Assembly (NCBI RefSeq): GCF_028641065.1
Contig: NC_073378.1
Location: 127,224,001-127,288,000, forward strand
Reading direction: 5' to 3'
Length of the DNA stretch: 64,000 nucleotides
DNA from: Leucoraja erinacea
Lineage: Eukaryota
In this document: positions 61,370 through 64,000 of the stretch, in pieces
How positions within the stretch are numbered: the first letter of the stretch is position 1
Layout: each line of letters opens with the position of its first letter
Position numbers and translations under genes: made by a program
Notes under the pieces: model-generated
What the model was told of the DNA's origin: nothing
Databases searched by the model: none
Seen by the model: only the letters and a program-made list of their open reading frames with translations

Positions 61370-61682
61370 TCTGCAGTCCCTTGGCCGGCTTGCGAGGACG
61401 GACCATGTGGAAGTGAGGAGGCAGCTGCCGGGGGAAGGAACAGCTGCCGGGGGAAGGAACCACCTTGAGGAGGGGGGAGAGAAGAACCATGAACAATGGA
61501 GGACCCGGCATGGAGGGATCACCATGAGGAGGGGGGAGAGGCGGGAGGACAAAGGTGGGACCCGGCATAGGGGTACTTTGTAATTTTGCAAGCGCCCTTA
61601 GCAGGCGACTATTTGCATACCTTGGGTATGCAAGCAAAGAATTTCACTGTGACTTGTCACATGTGACAATAAAGTATTCAAT
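61370..61682 (+). repeat. Unclassified GC-rich interspersed repeat with a LINE-like tail
   Basis: The tail gcaagcaaagaatttcactgtgacttgtcacatgtgacaataaagta has an inverted homologue at 51205-51256, continuing at 51672-51930. Confidence 0.6.
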
Positions 61683-62277
61683 TATTGTTTCTCGGTTAAA
61701 TAGATATTGGGCTCAGCATTTGGAACCAGATGAATTAACAATTCTGACGGTCTTTGTGTCAATTCATTCTGTTGAGCAGAGCCATGCCTCCTAATCAGTG
61801 TCCGAAATTAAGTAGTGAGAAAATAAAGTTAACGCTATTAAAATTATAACGAATGGCTGGACTTTGTAAAGGAAAAACAAGTGCTCTTGTGTTTTATTAT
61901 TCAAAATAGAGCTTCCAAGTGCTCAGGGTGGCAGGGGGTAGGACTGTTTTACCTCAATTGGTTGCAGTTGTAAATATAAAAATCCAATTACACTCATGAC
62001 TTACCAAATGCCCACTAATGTCTGTTTCATTGTGGGATTAATTATTCCTTGGTATATACGTTCCCCTGAGTAAAACTTCATCAAATGACTTTAACTTTTT
62101 GCACCATGCTCCAAATGAGCAAAACCAGAATGTGGGAAAAACAGAGGTAGTTTTCGCTTGTGTACGACGTGCAGGGGCGGAGGTGAAATGCTCGTTGAAA
62201 ATTTGACCATTTATTAATTCCACTAAATGTGCCGGTAAAGTCCCACCCCCAATCAACCTCAAGAAGATAACATAGGT

Positions 62278-62712
62278 TGACAATAGGTGCAGGAGTAGGC
62301 CATTCAGCCCTTCGAGCCAGCACCGCCATTCAATGTGATCATGGCTGATCATCCCCAATCATTACCCCGTTCCTGCCTTCTCCCCATATCCTCTGACTCC
62401 GCTATTTTTAAGAGCCCTATCTAGCTCTCTCTTGAAAGTATCCAGAGAACCGGCCTCCACCGCCCTCTGAGGCAGAGAATTCCACAGACTCACAACTCTC
62501 TGTGAGAAAAAGTGTTTCCTCGTCTGCGTTCTAAATGGCTTACCCCTTATTCCTAAACTGTGGCCCCCGGTTCTGGACTCCCCCAACATCGGGAACATTT
62601 TTCCTGCCTCTAATGTGTCCAAACCCTTAACAATCTTATATGTTTCAATGATAATCCCTCTCATCCTTCTAAACTCCAGAGTGTACAAGCCCAGCTGCTC
62701 CATTCTCTCAAC
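62278..62712 (-). mobile_element. CR1 LINE 3' fragment
   Basis: ERMEQLGLYTLEFRRMRG...GYGEKAGTG. Confidence 0.92.
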
Positions 62713-62869
62713 ATGGAAATGAATCAAGGCAATGGTGCAGGGGTAGAGAGAAACTAATTGGACCAGTTGGTGCGAGGAAAGAGCCACAGAGGTGCCGGTT
62801 ACCTGAAATTAGAAAATTCAATATTCATTGCATTGTTTTCTCCGGCTATCCAGGTGGAATGAGGTATTG

Positions 62870-63017
62870 TACGAACAAGGAACTGCAGATGCAGGTTTAC
62901 AAAAAAAAAACACAAAATGCTGGAGTAACTCAACTGGGTCAGGCAGCAGCTCTGGCGAATATGGAACAGGTGACGTTTCAGGTCAGGACCCTTCTTCAAA
63001 CTATAGGTACGGGTAAA
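62870..63017 (-). mobile_element. PLE pLTR insertion
   Basis: Flanked by the 12-bp repeat aatgaggtattg (62858-62869, 63018-63029). Confidence 0.78.
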
Positions 63018-63256
63018 AATGAGGTATTGCTTTATCATCCATTTTGATCCAGTGGCTCCGGAACAAAGATTATGATTCCCATGATATTTCATAATCGAGA
63101 GAAATAAACAGAAGATTATTTTGCAACTCGGCTGCAACCTTTTTTGCATGTTTCCTGCACATACCCAACAATAGTCTTTCCCAAATTTAAGGGTTTTTGT
63201 TTGATTCAGGCTATTGTTTAACTGCTCAGTTAATCTATTTTGCATTGTATCAACAG

Positions 63257-63612
63257 TGCGGCACAGTGGCGCAGCGGTAGAGTTGCTGCCTTACAGCGCT
63301 TGCAGCGCCGGAGACCCGGGTTCAATCCCGACTATGGGCGCTGCCTGTACGGAGTTTGTCCATTCTCCCTGTGACCGTGTGGGTTTTCTCCGAGATCTTC
63401 AGTTTCCTCCAACACTTCAAAGATTAAAGGTTAATTGGCTTGGTGTGCGTGTAAAAAATTGCCCCCAGTGTGTGTATGATAGTGTTAATGTGCGGGGAAA
63501 GCAAGAATTGTCCTATCTGGGATACATGACAATAAACTCTCTTGAATCTTGGATTGCTGGTCGGCGCGGACTCGGTGGGCCAAAAGGGTTGTTTCCGCGT
63601 TGTATCTCTCCA
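63257..63612 (+). mobile_element. HE1 V-SINE with a small LINE-tail insertion (about 63500-63548)
   Basis: A box, B box, V-domain and tail. Confidence 0.88.
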
Positions 63613-64000
63613 AACTCAACCCTCCCAAGTTTTCAAGATTCAACTTTCCCCACATTTTAATGGTTAATGATAGCTCCGAGGGCTTAATAGTCATAAGTAT
63701 CCCCTTAATTATATCCATCTATTGTCTTTGTCATAACCAAGCATAATTGCCACACTAGATTATTATTGCATTTGCAAAATATCACTCCAAACATTTCCCA
63801 CAGTTCAAAGCACCTACTAATCCATAAACCCATTCATTTAAACAAAAAGTTAAATTTTTCTCATTTACAATGAGTTAAAATGAGTGCTCTTAATTTCTGC
63901 AAAAATATAATTAACTAATAATCTCACACAAAATGTTCCCACAAGACCTAAATGAACCTGCTGCACAATCAACTCGATTCCCTGAACATTAACTTGATAT

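Noticed and set aside
63257-63330. tRNA gene (A and B boxes)
   Set aside because: It is the tRNA-derived head of a HE1 SINE, continuing into the V-domain and LINE tail.

Overview
This is repeat-dense vertebrate genomic DNA with two assembly gaps (5109-5673, 17501-17718). HE1-type V-SINEs and HER1/CR1 LINEs point to a cartilaginous fish, probably a skate or ray (inference). No host protein-coding exon could be identified with confidence, so the window looks intergenic or intronic; the ORFs I could recognise are transposon fragments, antisense readings or microsatellite/N artefacts. Content: (1) about 40 (by-eye count) short Penelope-like element (PLE) pieces, many carrying a minimal hammerhead-ribozyme motif CTGAAGA-A-GGGTC-TC-GACCC-GAAAC-GTC. 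Several are inserted as inverted duplications with 12-16 bp target-site duplications (TSDs) and some are physically linked to GIY-YIG endonuclease coding fragments. (2) Many CR1/HER1 and Rex1/Babar LINE fragments and HE1 SINEs. (3) Eight PIF/Harbinger-type MITEs sharing terminal inverted repeats (TIRs), seven of which carry an internal palindrome. (4) Two hAT-type non-autonomous elements, a Tc1 left end, a collapsed LTR element with a tRNA-Leu primer-binding site, and an unclassified TIR element holding a copy of its own TIR inside an internal hairpin. Boundaries were read by eye and are approximate unless a TSD is quoted.
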